A stretch of DNA of 61,626 nt, the filler included, from Globobulimina sp. (lineage: Eukaryota), in assembly GCA_003354225.1 (NCBI GenBank). It is 24 parts of 24 records of this genome, joined end to end, with 100 filler letters (N's around TTAATTAATTAA, not from the genome) between each part and the next. Parts side by side here need not be neighbours in the genome. Positions count along the whole stretch, not along the records: positions 46,302 to 48,772 come from PIVH01006492.1; positions 48,873 to 51,343 come from PIVH01006493.1; positions 51,444 to 53,914 come from PIVH01006494.1; positions 54,015 to 56,485 come from PIVH01006495.1; positions 56,586 to 59,056 come from PIVH01006496.1; 19 more parts are not named here. One strand, given 5' to 3'. The notes beneath the pieces are model-generated. The model made no database searches. It worked only from the letters and a program-made list of their open reading frames with translations, and was not told the origin of the DNA. Positions 46,757 through 59,156 of the stretch are shown here, piece by piece. Each line of letters begins with the position of its first letter. Positions within the stretch are counted from its first letter, which is position 1. Position numbers and translations under genes: made by a program.

Positions 46757-48016
46757 GCAGAGGTCAGTGGCGTGCACCTGAATATGATTATCCCTGTGAG
46801 TCTGATGATGACTCTGACGATGACTCTGACTCTGACTCTGAAGATGACTGTGATGATGACGATGACGATGACTCTGACTCTGAGTGGTGTGCTGAAGATG
46901 AAGATGAAAAAGAAGAAGAAGAGGAAGAGGAAGATGAAGATGATACCATTGGTTTATCAGTGGGTGGAGCCAAAGACGTGAATCAATTTCGAAAATTTAT
47001 ACAAAATAATATTCAGCCAACAATAACATCAATTACTTATAACGGTTTATTATACCAATATTATTTTAAAACAAAAACACGAAAATCGCAAAAATATGAC
47101 GATAATGATCAAAAAAGTAACACTCAACAAGTTGTACAACAAAATAAAGATGAAAAAATAGCACCGATTTATACTACAGTTAATTATTGCATTTCTTATG
47201 AAAGCATAAATATTCATTTATAAAAACATTCATTTTTCGTAGTTTATCGGTGTGGGATTGGATTTTAATACAAATTTAGTTTCAAAAATAACGGATACTT
47301 TGGGTTGTAATTATTTTTGTGTTTCATCGACAAAAGAATTTATGGAAAGAATGGAAGATAAACAGTTTGAATTCATGGTAACTCCGTTGGTGTTCAATCT
47401 GTGTTTAACACTTAAATGTGAAGGGAATGTTTGTCAAATCGATAAAGTGTATGGTTCAAAAGCAAAGCAACAACAAAATATTTTACAACATGGTGAAATA
47501 AAGCGGATAAACACATTATTTCCGAGCAACAAATCCAAACAAAAGGGAGGGACTAAAGGTGGTATCCAATTGATTCGATTAAAGAAAAAAGAAACAGATA
47601 AAAGTGGCAAAGATGATGAAAATATTAATGTGGAGATACAGGTTGAATATGAGGATAGATTCGGTAAAAAATATAAAAATGTTGAATTTGTTTCGTTTAA
47701 GCCGCCAATTTTAAAAAATCAAAATCAAAATAAAGATATGATCGAGTCGGATGAAGATGAGGTTGACGAAGAGAATGAGCATTGTAATTTTTATGATAAT
47801 TTGGGAATTCGGAAAGGTGTCTTGTTATGTCGTTACGTGGAATTGCTACATTTATGGATTAATGCATTGGGATCCAAAGGCAAATTGAGAATGAACGATG
47901 AATATAAACAAAAATTTGAAAAGTTTGCCAAACATTTTAAACAAGAAATGATTGCATGTAAAGATGATGAGTTACAAAAAGAAATGAAAATAATACAAAA
48001 ATTAATTCAATTGTAA
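46757..48016 (+). CDS. vWA-family protein (acidic tract, GGAKD N-terminal segment and vWA C-terminus), intron 47179-47242; vWA core missing
   Basis: GLSVGGAKDVNQFRK..P....ITYNGLLYQYYFKT joined to IYTT/FIGVGLDFN..LV.KI....G.NYF.V...EF..RM...F..MVTPLVFNL...TLFPS...TKGG ... GIRKGVLL.RY. Confidence 0.7.
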
Positions 48017-50285
48017 TTGCGTAATTTTTGTGTACAATTTTTCATATAATTTGTTTGTTTTTTTTGTGAGGAAAATTTAAAATTCAAAACCATGGCACTT
48101 TTCGTAATCTAGTTTTTCCATTGTATATAAAAATGATTCTCAAGTATCCCAGCTGCCTGCTGTCGCAGTATCGCATTGTCGGGAAAACCAAGAATTAAAC
48201 ATTCTGATATTATATAATAATGAATGAAAAAAACACCCTGTCCACACATGCGATTTTTATGATACATAGAGGACAGCAAATAATCTTCAATGAAGGGGAT
48301 ATTGCAGAGCTTGCACATTCCAAATACATTAACAGCACAATTGAAGCAGCACATTACTCAAAGTCGAATGGAAAGTTGGTTTGGAAGAATTTGCAGATTC
48401 ATGACTGCGACAAAGGCAGAGCGGAAACATACGTCAATGCATCCATTCAATTCACGGACGACACGTTCTTTTTTAAAATACGATGTTGTCCAATGAATGC
48501 AATCTCGACCACTGCCACCTCATCGCCATTGGACATCTCCTCCTCATCGCCCCTTTGGACGAATTTTTGTAATCAAGACAAAGTACAAAAGATACTCTGC
48601 AAAACTCCCACTGCCACACCGCAGGAAATCATCACACTGCAACGAAATGTTCCTACAGTAGTGTTCCCGATAAGAGATACGCATATTAGTAGCTAATATA
48701 TATGATTAGTACTAATATATGCTAATATATAGCTAATATATTGATCATATATATATTACCCAGCGAAGATTTNNNNNNNNNNNNNNNNNNNNNNNNNNNN
48801 NNNNNNNNNNNNNNNNTTAATTAATTAANNNNNNNNNNNNNNNNNNNNNNNNNNNNNNNNNNNNNNNNNNNNTGAGTCAAATACCACGTCGGCGAAGATG
48901 ACTAATATTAATAAATAAAAATATGTAAATGTTTCACGAAAGGCTAATAGCCTTTGATCCTGGATTAATAAATTGTCTCTAATAAATTCTGTTTTTTCTT
49001 CTTGAAATGCAACAATTAATGTCTTGAATGGCAATGCTTGACAAAATACGTATATGGGGTTAAATCTAACCCGATGCAATTCTCCGTATAATTGTTGTAT
49101 CCTCCAATTGAATATATGTTTTGAGTTTATTGCTAGGATTATCAATGGTGATTGCTATGGTTTTAAGGTGAATATCGATTTTATAGCGATTCTTATTTTT
49201 TATTTTAATTTCGCTTTTAACCAATTCTAATGTCCTCCATATGATGTCCAATGACTATATATATGATTTTGTTGTTGCTTTTTTTTTATTTTTTGTGGCA
49301 AAATCGCCTGTTGTTTTTGAGATCGCTTTTAAACTAATATAGCATATGCTTATGTTGCATAGATGTTTCGTATGTAAACTGCTATCGTAGTTTAAAAATC
49401 CAATCTCGGCTAGAAGTGACTGTAAAAGTGACATGCTTAGTTAAGGCTCCGAATTCATTCAGCCATATCATCTCTTCCACAAAAACTAAAAATCAAATCC
49501 TCCAACCTTCGCTACAGGTACTGCTAGTATATCAATCGATCATATATGTACATCTTATCTGGAACACTCCTGTACTAATTACAAATTACAAAAATAATAA
49601 TGAGAACAGATATACATTATTTATTATCTTGAATTGAATTGAATTTATAGACGTCAGAATCGCAAGCACAAAACTGTGATACGTACAATTTCCTTTCCTG
49701 TCCTTGGGAAAGAAAAAAGACCTCACCTCACAGCAAAGCACCCAAAAAAGAAACAAAATAAAACAAACCAAAAGAAAATAAAAATAGAGCACCAGTACAT
49801 CCATATCACAATCGGAGCAACACCTAAGATATGACAATAACCTAAACAAAGGTGAGTATAGCCCAGATCAGTCAGTAAGTATAGTACAAGACCAGTCGTA
49901 TCAAACCAAAGTAATAAGAAAAAGCAATATCCAGGAAATAAAAGATCCAATGAGCACCAAATGTAAGATCAAAAACTGAATGAATACCCAAGGTAACAAT
50001 TGTCCCCAATATACTATATAAGAGGGAGATGCAATACCATCTCCCAATAATAGATCCTAGTATAAAATAATACCATTTTTTGATTGTTTCATGTAGTTGC
50101 TCATCTCAGCTACAATATGATACATCATAATCCCGTATTAATATGATGTATCTCCTATTAATAGTGATAATTACTGAATATAATACAGTAAGCTCACAAT
50201 TAAATCCTGTTTACATCCAACAATTAAAATTATCACTTCTGAACTCAAACCTCCTCGCAGACATCATCTAAAGTGCAAGATAATA

Positions 50286-51343
50286 ATGGCTGAAGTAATC
50301 AATTACTGTGACGATTGGACTCGAAATGCTACACGTATCCCTCTTGAAGATTTCAGCACGCTACTTCAACTGATACTAAACGATATAGTATTTTTCTATG
50401 CTACTGCAATACGATACCATTTTCATTTTCTGAGTTACGTTTACAATGTTGGGATGAGACGTGAACATGGCATTAACATTGAGAACCATATATTACGTTT
50501 CATTTGCAGTATTTTGTATCCAGTATTCACACCGTGCATTTGCTTCATTTACGGCGTCAGAGATGAAGTTCAAAGAAAGGAAGTTACATTTATGCCTGGC
50601 ACAAATTCAAAAAGCAGGTTATTCAATTGCCTTTTGAGAAGCATGTATTACCTCGGTTTTCATACATTCACATTTTATTGTCAATCAAAGGATGATTTAT
50701 TTGAAAAAAGCAAAGATCCGTGGGATAAAATAATGAAAACGAAAACATTTTGGAGAAAATTATTATCCAAAATTGATGGTATTAAAGTTCCTGAACTTGT
50801 GGCTGAATCATTTAAAGGATATCATATTGACTTGCATGGTAATAAATTTGGAACTCTCATTTTCAAAATTGACAACGGTGCATTAGGTTTAGGCTCAGGT
50901 GTTTTTAGTTGCAAGAATGAGGATGGTTTAAAAAAGGTAATGATTGCACAACAAAAGAAAGAACCAGGAAAATATTTAGTTTTAAGAATGGAAAATTTTT
51001 GGAAGAATCGAAAATGTGTATACCAGATTCAAACATTATGCGATAAGAATTTAGAAGCAACTGTAATTAGTATGAGAGGAATATTTAATTTTCAAGAAAC
51101 ATCACATGCTTCAAGTCGTAAATTTTTCATCTTGGATCCATTCACAATGCAACCAAAAGGAACCCATGAATTTGCTGAAATGTTAGATTACACAAGTGAT
51201 TGCATTCAAACACTGAAAATTGCTGTTGTAAAAGCGATCGAAGCTCACAAAGCTATGCTCACAATGCCAGAAGCAAATGTCACACATTGTTATGTTGGCT
51301 GGGATGTTATGATAAATGAAAAGAAAGAAATTATTTTTTTTGA
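50286..51343 (+). CDS. ATP-grasp protein (sugar-transfer-associated-like), 3' truncated
   Basis: IKVPEL, LIFK..NG.LG.G, A.EAH, YVGWDVMI.....IIFF. Confidence 0.6.
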
Positions 51344-51540
51344 NNNNNNNNNNNNNNNNNNNNNNNNNNNNNNNNNNNNNNNNNNNNTTAATTAATTAAN
51401 NNNNNNNNNNNNNNNNNNNNNNNNNNNNNNNNNNNNNNNNNNNTAAAGTTCAACATTTAATAATATCTATTATATTTATATATTTTTTCGATTTCTCGTC
51501 TGCCGTCAATAAAAATGACGATCCTACACTCAGTCAAAAA

Positions 51541-53547
51541 TTGTTTGATAATATATTACAACCGTTTGGAAACAAACTGCTGTACAAATTTAAGAAAACA
51601 TCGGTTTTATCTGAAAATGAAGTCGCATCATTAACTAAAATAGCTTATCTTTGCCCTCATCTATGTACATTGGATGACGAATTGCGGTCCAAAATGGAAG
51701 CATTTGGTGGCAAATGTTTGGATGATGTTCTTAGTGATATGGAAGAAAGGATAATTAAACAAAATGCAGAAGAAATGAGAGGAAAAACAGAATTTTATGT
51801 TGAGAAAGTTCGAGAAGGCAAATGTTGTGATTTTATTCTTAATAACTTTGCAGAGATGGATGAGCTGATTAAATTTACACTGGGTGAAAATTCTGATATT
51901 GTTGACCGTATATTCGTATTATTACAAGATATTATCAATTATAACAACGCCGACATAAACAAATCAATATTTGTTTCGTTTCTTGATTCATATGAATTTG
52001 AGGAGGAGCTTTTTTTTATATTCAATGAGGAAACTGTTGATTTTATTTATTTATTATTAAACAAAAGCAATGTGCAAATATTTATTGATTGTCAGTGTAT
52101 TCAGAGATTGCTTTATTTGTTTGATACTCAATTGGAGCAAAATGGTTTATTGAAAGAACAGTTGAAATTCGTGAAATGTATCGAAAAAACAATTAATTTG
52201 ATGAGCGCCCAACAATTAATAAAGGAATTTAACAATATCGATATTTTGATACATTGTATGTTTTTCCATTCTAAAATCTCGCATGAAATACTTCGACTGA
52301 TTATAGTTATTTTATTTTCTGATTTAGAAAGCAAGAAACATAAAATATGTGTTGTGTTAGAAAAAACGCGTTTTTTTGCGTCTATGTCAAATTATAATGA
52401 AATCAAATTGTCGATTAACAGAATAGTCAATTTATACATGCCAACCATTACAGATATTCATTATGAGCCTGTTCTATCCAACAACAATAAATTATGTTTT
52501 GCTTATTTTCGAGAAAATTATGAAAAATATTTTACAAAAGAAATCATTGCCATTACTTATTTTAATCATGGTCATATTTTTAAAGGTTCCATAATCTCAT
52601 TTCAAGATAAAAAAGCTGTGGTTAATAACTGTAATGATCAACAGTTGTCATTGCAAATTTTGAATGATAATACAACTCAAATAACCAATGCTGAATACAA
52701 AGAATGCGAAAAAATAGAAGTTTTTGAAGGCGGTGAATTTGTGTGTATATTATATGGAGAACACAAAGGTAAAATTGGTAAAATATTATCTATTTGGAAT
52801 TATTTTTTTGCGAAGGTCGAATTAACTTTTATCAAAGATAAAGAATCGCGAATTGTCATGGTTTTGGTGGATTTTGTATTTCCTATACAATTTAAGAGAT
52901 ATCCGATATCATTAAAGCAAATAACAACGGTTGTATTGAATCATTCGGTGATTGATTGCGGTTTTGGTGCTGCTTTGTTGTGGAAAAAGAAAAATAATTG
53001 GAATGAATATAAACTGCCTTGTAATTGGAAGTGTTCGTATCTGGATATGTCTGCACGTGATAGCATACACTATATCACACCGTGTAGATTTCGTAAATTT
53101 TTGTCCCGTACATTGGTTAAAAAATATATTATGAATAAGGAAGAACATAATATGAGCTGGATATTTTGTGAAATTGTACCTTATTCAAAATATGATGAAA
53201 CGCAATATCATAAGTTTTGTGAATATGAAAATGAACATCTTCGGCAAATTGTTTGTGTTGATGACCATTTTCAATTTCATAGCGGACATTCACAGGATAT
53301 TAATATTAGCGGCAATATAATGCAATCAAATGAATTTGTCAAAGATGGTATTTTATGTTGGTTTTTTGCTCCAAAACTCTATCTATATAAAGAGGGTGAA
53401 CTCATTGAAAAGGTGTTTGATATCAAGTTGCCAAATGATAAATTATCCGCATTAATATTTTGTGATGATGATATTAAGCAACATTTGCCGGAAACAGAGA
53501 GTGAATCATCTTCTGATGAATATGACAGTGATTCTTATCATTATTAA
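51541..53547 (+). CDS. Hypothetical protein with helical N-region, KOW motif and MBD-like segment (5' end uncertain)
   Basis: GEFVCILYGEHKGKIGKILSI (KOW); LPCNWK......DSIHYITPC..RKFLSR..V.KYI (MBD-like). Confidence 0.55.
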   Translation: MFDNILQPFGNKLLYKFKKTSVLSENEVASLTKIAYLCPHLCTLDDELRSKMEAFGGKCLDDVLSDMEERIIKQNAEEMRGKTEFYVEKVREGKCCDFILNNFAEMDELIKFTLGENSDIVDRIFVLLQDIINYNNADINKSIFVSFLDSYEFEEELFFIFNEETVDFIYLLLNKSNVQIFIDCQCIQRLLYLFDTQLEQNGLLKEQLKFVKCIEKTINLMSAQQLIKEFNNIDILIHCMFFHSKISHEILRLIIVILFSDLESKKHKICVVLEKTRFFASMSNYNEIKLSINRIVNLYMPTITDIHYEPVLSNNNKLCFAYFRENYEKYFTKEIIAITYFNHGHIFKGSIISFQDKKAVVNNCNDQQLSLQILNDNTTQITNAEYKECEKIEVFEGGEFVCILYGEHKGKIGKILSIWNYFFAKVELTFIKDKESRIVMVLVDFVFPIQFKRYPISLKQITTVVLNHSVIDCGFGAALLWKKKNNWNEYKLPCNWKCSYLDMSARDSIHYITPCRFRKFLSRTLVKKYIMNKEEHNMSWIFCEIVPYSKYDETQYHKFCEYENEHLRQIVCVDDHFQFHSGHSQDINISGNIMQSNEFVKDGILCWFFAPKLYLYKEGELIEKVFDIKLPNDKLSALIFCDDDIKQHLPETESESSSDEYDSDSYHY

Positions 53548-54264
53548 ATAATTCTAATACTATTACTAAACGTTTCTGTTGAACCATGTTTGTGCAATGT
53601 CGTCTTCTACGGCTGGCGGGTTTTTTTTGGTAAGAGATGTACTCATTGTAATGGCTGCACTATTGAGGAAATATTGTCATAGATACTTCATTATAAATAA
53701 ACGATACGGTTCAAATGATAGCTCAAAACAAGTTGAAAAATTAACACAAATACTAAATAGATTAAAAAAGGTAGATCCAAAAGCTTCTGAACAATCAAGC
53801 CATGATACAAAAACAAACCTATTTTCTGCCTCTAAAATCATTCAACAATCACAAAAACAACAACCAAAACCAAAACCAATACCACTGACTCAACAACCAT
53901 TGCCAATTCCAACTNNNNNNNNNNNNNNNNNNNNNNNNNNNNNNNNNNNNNNNNNNNNTTAATTAATTAANNNNNNNNNNNNNNNNNNNNNNNNNNNNNN
54001 NNNNNNNNNNNNNNTTTATATATTTTAATTTTTTGTTGTGAAGTTTTTTCTTTTGATTTTTAAACCTACACTTTTCCAAACACTCTAACAGCACCATGAC
54101 GCTCGCAATTCCGTTTCAATTTATTACCAGCCGTAATAAGCCAACTACTCGTGTCAAATAACGAATCGCAGTCTAATTTTAAATTAGAATTAACTTTTCA
54201 CACAACCCTGGAAAAAAGAATTTAATTCATTTTGAATAAGAAAATTCACAATTAACCATTCCCC

Positions 54265-56134
54265 ATGTTTCAATTCATTAAATCATCACACATTCCATCG
54301 AATGGATCAACTGATCGTTCCATCGAATTAATAGATAAATATTTAACAGCATCGACATCGCAATTTAAATCTGATATACATTGCCGTTGTCCATTAACCA
54401 ATCAACAACGGAAATATTTAACAGCATTCGGTGCATTCTGCATCAATTTCATCATTGGCGGATATATGGCCGTTGGCGATTTCATACCTTACTTAGCATC
54501 GTATTTAACTGCATCGCAATTTAAATATGACATAGATTCCTGCACAGATAGTGTCAAAGATGCGTATTCATCCAACATAGCACTTTGTAATTGGATGTTC
54601 GCCGCGTTCACTGTCGGCACTTCGACCTTTGGCTGTATTGGTGGTATGGTACAATTGTATGCGTCCACGCGATTATGTGCGTTTTTAGGCGGCTCCATTG
54701 TAGCATTGCAATATTTGTTCACCTCCTACAATGCCAGTAATGTGCATGTCATTTTATTATGTAGTTTTGGTTTATTTTATGGCATCGGCTCTGGCATTAT
54801 GTGGTCGCCATCACTGGTATACGTTATCTCCCATACTACGATTTATTGTTTTTTCTCTGTCGTAAATCGTAAATCGACTCATTTTCATATAATATAACAT
54901 TAATGCCATAATTCTGAGTTTAAGTGTAAGATTATTTTCAGTCTAAACAGCAAACCGGAAACGAATACTAAGTGTACAATTTCTGACTGTTGTATACTGT
55001 GTATGTCGTAATTAAATACCATTGTTTGTGTTAACGTTCGTTCGATTTTGTTCGTGTTTTGGTTATGGATAACTGAGATTTTTCTTGCTGTGTCAGCTGC
55101 GATCGGATTTATAATTTTCTAATATTGGGCTGCCGGAATCGTGTTTTTTTTTTCTTTGTTGTGTTATATAGGTTTGTGTCATTCGATGGTTTCCCGAAAA
55201 CAAAGCGTTGTTGACCGGGATATTAATGAGTGCCATCGCCAGCGGTTCCATCTGTTACTCGTTGATTGGAACGTTATATATCAATCCAACCGACATTGCT
55301 AACGACGATAATTGTGGTTATACGTTGCATTCAGAAATTACTGATAACGTTCCTGCAGTTTTTAGTTTGTTGGCAATGTTTTGTGCCATTTTAACTTTAT
55401 GTGGCACCGTTTTCTTGTTTGATAGACCCGCAGTGAACGTATGTTCTAAATTAGATGAAAACACTTTGTTTGAATTGGTTGAAAAGAATAATGAGCATAC
55501 ATTGAAAGAGGCGGTTTGTTCAAGTCAGTTTTGGTCAATATTTATCAATGTAATGTGCAATGTTTATGTAGCAAGTTTTGTGTATTCTGATTGGAAGGAA
55601 TTTGCAGAAAATTATTTATTAATTGAAAGTGATGAGTTTTTGTTAACGTTGAACGTTTTCGCGGCTGTTTGTAATTTGCTTGGTCGATTGATGTGGGGCT
55701 GTTATTATGATTATGTTAAATCATATAAATTGACAATGCAAACTATTACATTATTGACATTCATATTTACCATAAGCTTACCGCTTTGCAAAGGGGTAAA
55801 TAATGCAATGGCATTTATATGGATTGGTTGTTTATGGTTTTGCAGTGCTGGAACATATCCTGTTTTACCTGCTGCCATCTCTGATATATTTGGTGATAAA
55901 TATTGTGCGATTGTAACCGGATTTATTATGATGAGTGACATTGCCGCCACTGGATTGCAATCTGGGTTTTTCACAATTGTCGTTGCTATGAATATGGGGG
56001 TATCGGAGAAATGGATATTTATTTCTGTGGTAAATGGGATGTTTATTGGAATAAGTTGTATTGTTGCATTCAGATTTAAAAAGCCACAAAGTGCACAAAA
56101 AACTTATAAAAAAGATAAAGTGTGTGCTGCATAG
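54265..56134 (+). CDS. MFS transporter, oxalate:formate antiporter-like; intron 54817-55171
   Basis: The splice gives YGIGSGI.WSP.LVCVIRWFPENKALLTG; YINP, QFW, N..GRL.WG...D, P.A....FG. Confidence 0.88.
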
Positions 56135-57129
56135 CTCAAATGTTTAATTGTTAAATTAAAAAAACGCTTTTTTTTAGTTGTTTAAAATCAATTGTTTCAT
56201 TTATTTATTTTAAAAGGCCCGAAAGTTTGCGCACAGAGTTAATTATAAAAATTCGACTATTTTTCACGTGGTATTCTTTGTATACCGGTCCGGGACACAA
56301 ATTAATGATCGATTAGGTTTCGATAAAAAGTTAATAAAGTTAATAGATTTAAACTCACAAAAATTACAAAAATTCATTAATATTTGCTACTTTTCCTCAA
56401 ATGATAATAAGTATTATTGCGATATGATTTGTTATACTTATATCGAGATCTCTTCGCTCGAAAATATTTTACTTCATCGTTATTTNNNNNNNNNNNNNNN
56501 NNNNNNNNNNNNNNNNNNNNNNNNNNNNNTTAATTAATTAANNNNNNNNNNNNNNNNNNNNNNNNNNNNNNNNNNNNNNNNNNNNAAAGTCAATGTATGA
56601 GATTGTGCAGGCACTGAAATTTATAATCAGCGAGATTTAAAAAAATATATCTTGGCAAACAATCAATAACACTGGAAATACAAAAAAAAAACAAACAAAA
56701 AGGTTGGTCATTTTCTTGCGAAATAAATATTAATTCACAAAAAACGCGGGACAAAAATATTAAAAAAAAAAGGTATGAGGCCGGTTAAGGCAATAATTAA
56801 ATATGTAGTAAACATAAAAAAATGCGGCAAGGATTAGTCTAAAAACATGGCAGAAACAAAAACGAAATGGACACAGCATGAGACAAAAAAATGTGTGCTA
56901 CAAAACTTGACAAGGCACAAAAAAATAATATTAAAAAAATATAGAAAAGTTCGATATCATACCCCTTAACAATATTTTTTTTTTAATATCTACTTCACAT
57001 TAAAGACTTATTTTTTTTTAACGTAATTTTATGCAACAAAAAAAAGCTTCAAATTTAAAGTATGACATTCAAAAAAATTTATTGTTAATTGTGTTAATTC
57101 AAAAAATCATACAAAATGGCGCACGAAAT

Positions 57130-58465
57130 TTAGTATTGACCATGGAAATTATTAAAACCTTGTTGTTGTTGGCCAGAATAATTCTGCTGTCCATATTGCT
57201 GTGGCTGTTGCTGTCCATATTGCGGTTTAGACCCTTTTACACAAAACAGCACAAACAATGCGATTTTGCGTCAACCTCAAACTTAACTTTTGGAGGAGGA
57301 ATGCTTTTGTTGTGCACTGGAATGATACTTATTTTGTTTGGATTTGCTGTGAGTGGCCGGCTGATTATGCGCCGTGGCTTGCTGCCGCGAGGAATGATGT
57401 TTGGCGGGCTTCTGATTGGAGGCATGCTTGGTTTGTCCGTGTGCATTCTTTGCATTCTTGCTGCGCGATTTCTTATTGTTTTTGATTTTGTCGTGCTTGT
57501 AATTGAGCACTGTCCAATCGAACCTATAATCGGCGGCATAGCCTTGGCGGAAAAATAAGTCTCGAAACAGCCGCCGCAAATAGGCATAATCCGGCTTGTC
57601 GTCGAAACGTAGGGCACGGCAATAATTCAAATACGTGGCGAACTCGGTGGGGAAGTGCTTACATAAAATCTCGACCGGAGTCGACATCTTCTTCTCTGCG
57701 ATGCGATTATATTTCTCTTTCTTTGTGTTGGCTTTCAGGCCTTGCCATGGTAACTGCCCTCTGTTGAAGTACATCAATACATAGCCCAGACTCTCTAAGT
57801 CGTCTCTCCGCGATTGCTCTATGCCTAAATGCGTGTTGATGCTCGCATAGCTATCAAAAAAAAGATACATTAGTATGGAGTGCAAGGATATCGATGCCAC
57901 ATAAAATAAATAAATAAATAAAAAAATACCGTGCGGTGCCAGTGAGGGATTTGCCTTCGACGTAAGGTATATGTCTATGAGTGCGCGGGTCGCGGTATCT
58001 CTTCGCCAGACCGAAGTCGATGATGTAAATCTGATTCAATTTGCGACGGCCTAAACCAATCAAGAAATTATCCGGCTTCAAGTCGCGATGGATGAAGTTC
58101 TTGGTGTGGACGTATTCGATGCGTGCCAACATTTGGTCCGCTAACATTAAGACGGTTTTTAATGTGAATTTGCGGGAACAGAAATTAAATAGATCTTCCA
58201 AGGAAGGGCCCAATATGTCCATCACCATGACGTTGAAATCGCCCTCGCGGCCAAACCAGCGCACATTGGGTATCCCCACGCCTCCGGCCAGGATGCGGTA
58301 CACTTTGTACTCGTACGCTAATTGCGGATGGCGCGTCTTGACGGATTCTAATTTGATGGCGACTTCCTCGCCGGTGTTGATGTTGGTGCCCAAATAGATG
58401 TCACCAAACGAGCCTGAGCCGATCTTGCGGCCTAAACGATATTTACCACCGACCCGCAATTCCAT
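57130..58465 (-). CDS. CSNK1: Casein kinase I (delta/epsilon-like); intron 57851-57929 and a probable 3' intron
   Basis: [59 protein letters not shown]-rich tail exon. Confidence 0.97.
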
Positions 58466-58650
58466 GTTGTTTGCGACAATTTAGGTGTAATGCAATAAAG
58501 TGGCTGTGCTTTGGAGTGGATTGGTAAGTGGTGTTTGGTTGAGAGGTTTTTTGCTTTTTAAAAATAAAATAAGTGAAGTTTGTTTTTTCCGCCACTTTGC
58601 AATCAAATCTTGTGGGGAACTAAAAATAAATTTGCCTTTTTTTGTGCGAA

Positions 58651-58900
58651 ATGCCAAAAAAAAGAAAGAATGGAGGTAAGAATCGGCACAATCGTGGACT
58701 TGTAGGCTTTGTGCGATGTGATGTCTCGGGAAGAGTCGTGCCGAAAGACAAAGCCATTAAACGTTTTATAGTGAGAAATTTAGTGGATCCATCCGGACAA
58801 AAAGATCTTAAGGATGCCTCATATTATGACAAATACCAAGTTCCTAAAATGTATTACAAAGCATGTTATTGTGTTTCTGCTGCCATCCATCAGAGAATAG
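58651..58900 (+). CDS. RPS26: 40S ribosomal protein eS26, first exon
   Basis: MPKKRKNGG...VPKDKAIKRF.VRN.V...PKMY.K..YCVS.AIH; divergent from CK1. Confidence 0.95.
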
Positions 58901-59156
58901 GTTCATTTTTTTGAGTAATTGTAAGAAATCAAGCAATGATGCAATTAGTCAGCAAATAAAGTGATGTTTTAAATATGTTAATATCAATCATTTGGACACA
59001 AAAAGAATATGAATTTAATAAATAATCAGTGGCAAACTGCATGATTGGATTTGATANNNNNNNNNNNNNNNNNNNNNNNNNNNNNNNNNNNNNNNNNNNN
59101 TTAATTAATTAANNNNNNNNNNNNNNNNNNNNNNNNNNNNNNNNNNNNNNNNNNNN

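Noticed and set aside
46790-46945. GAT/GAC/TCT microsatellite-like array and its alternative-frame ORFs
   Set aside because: It encodes an in-frame acidic low-complexity tract; the other frames are shadows.
49400-50270. Organelle-like or alternative-code membrane gene on the minus strand
   Set aside because: Hydrophobic translations come from T-rich skew; frames contain several stop types and no recognisable protein.
57000-58465. GC-richer CK1 gene as foreign DNA
   Set aside because: It has AT-rich host-style introns; the bias fits codon usage of a highly expressed gene.
2475-59156. Regularly spaced TTAATTAATTAA motif as a biological repeat or array
   Set aside because: Always flanked by exactly 44 Ns on each side; it is an artificial linker. 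ORFs ending in X..LIN are artefacts of it.
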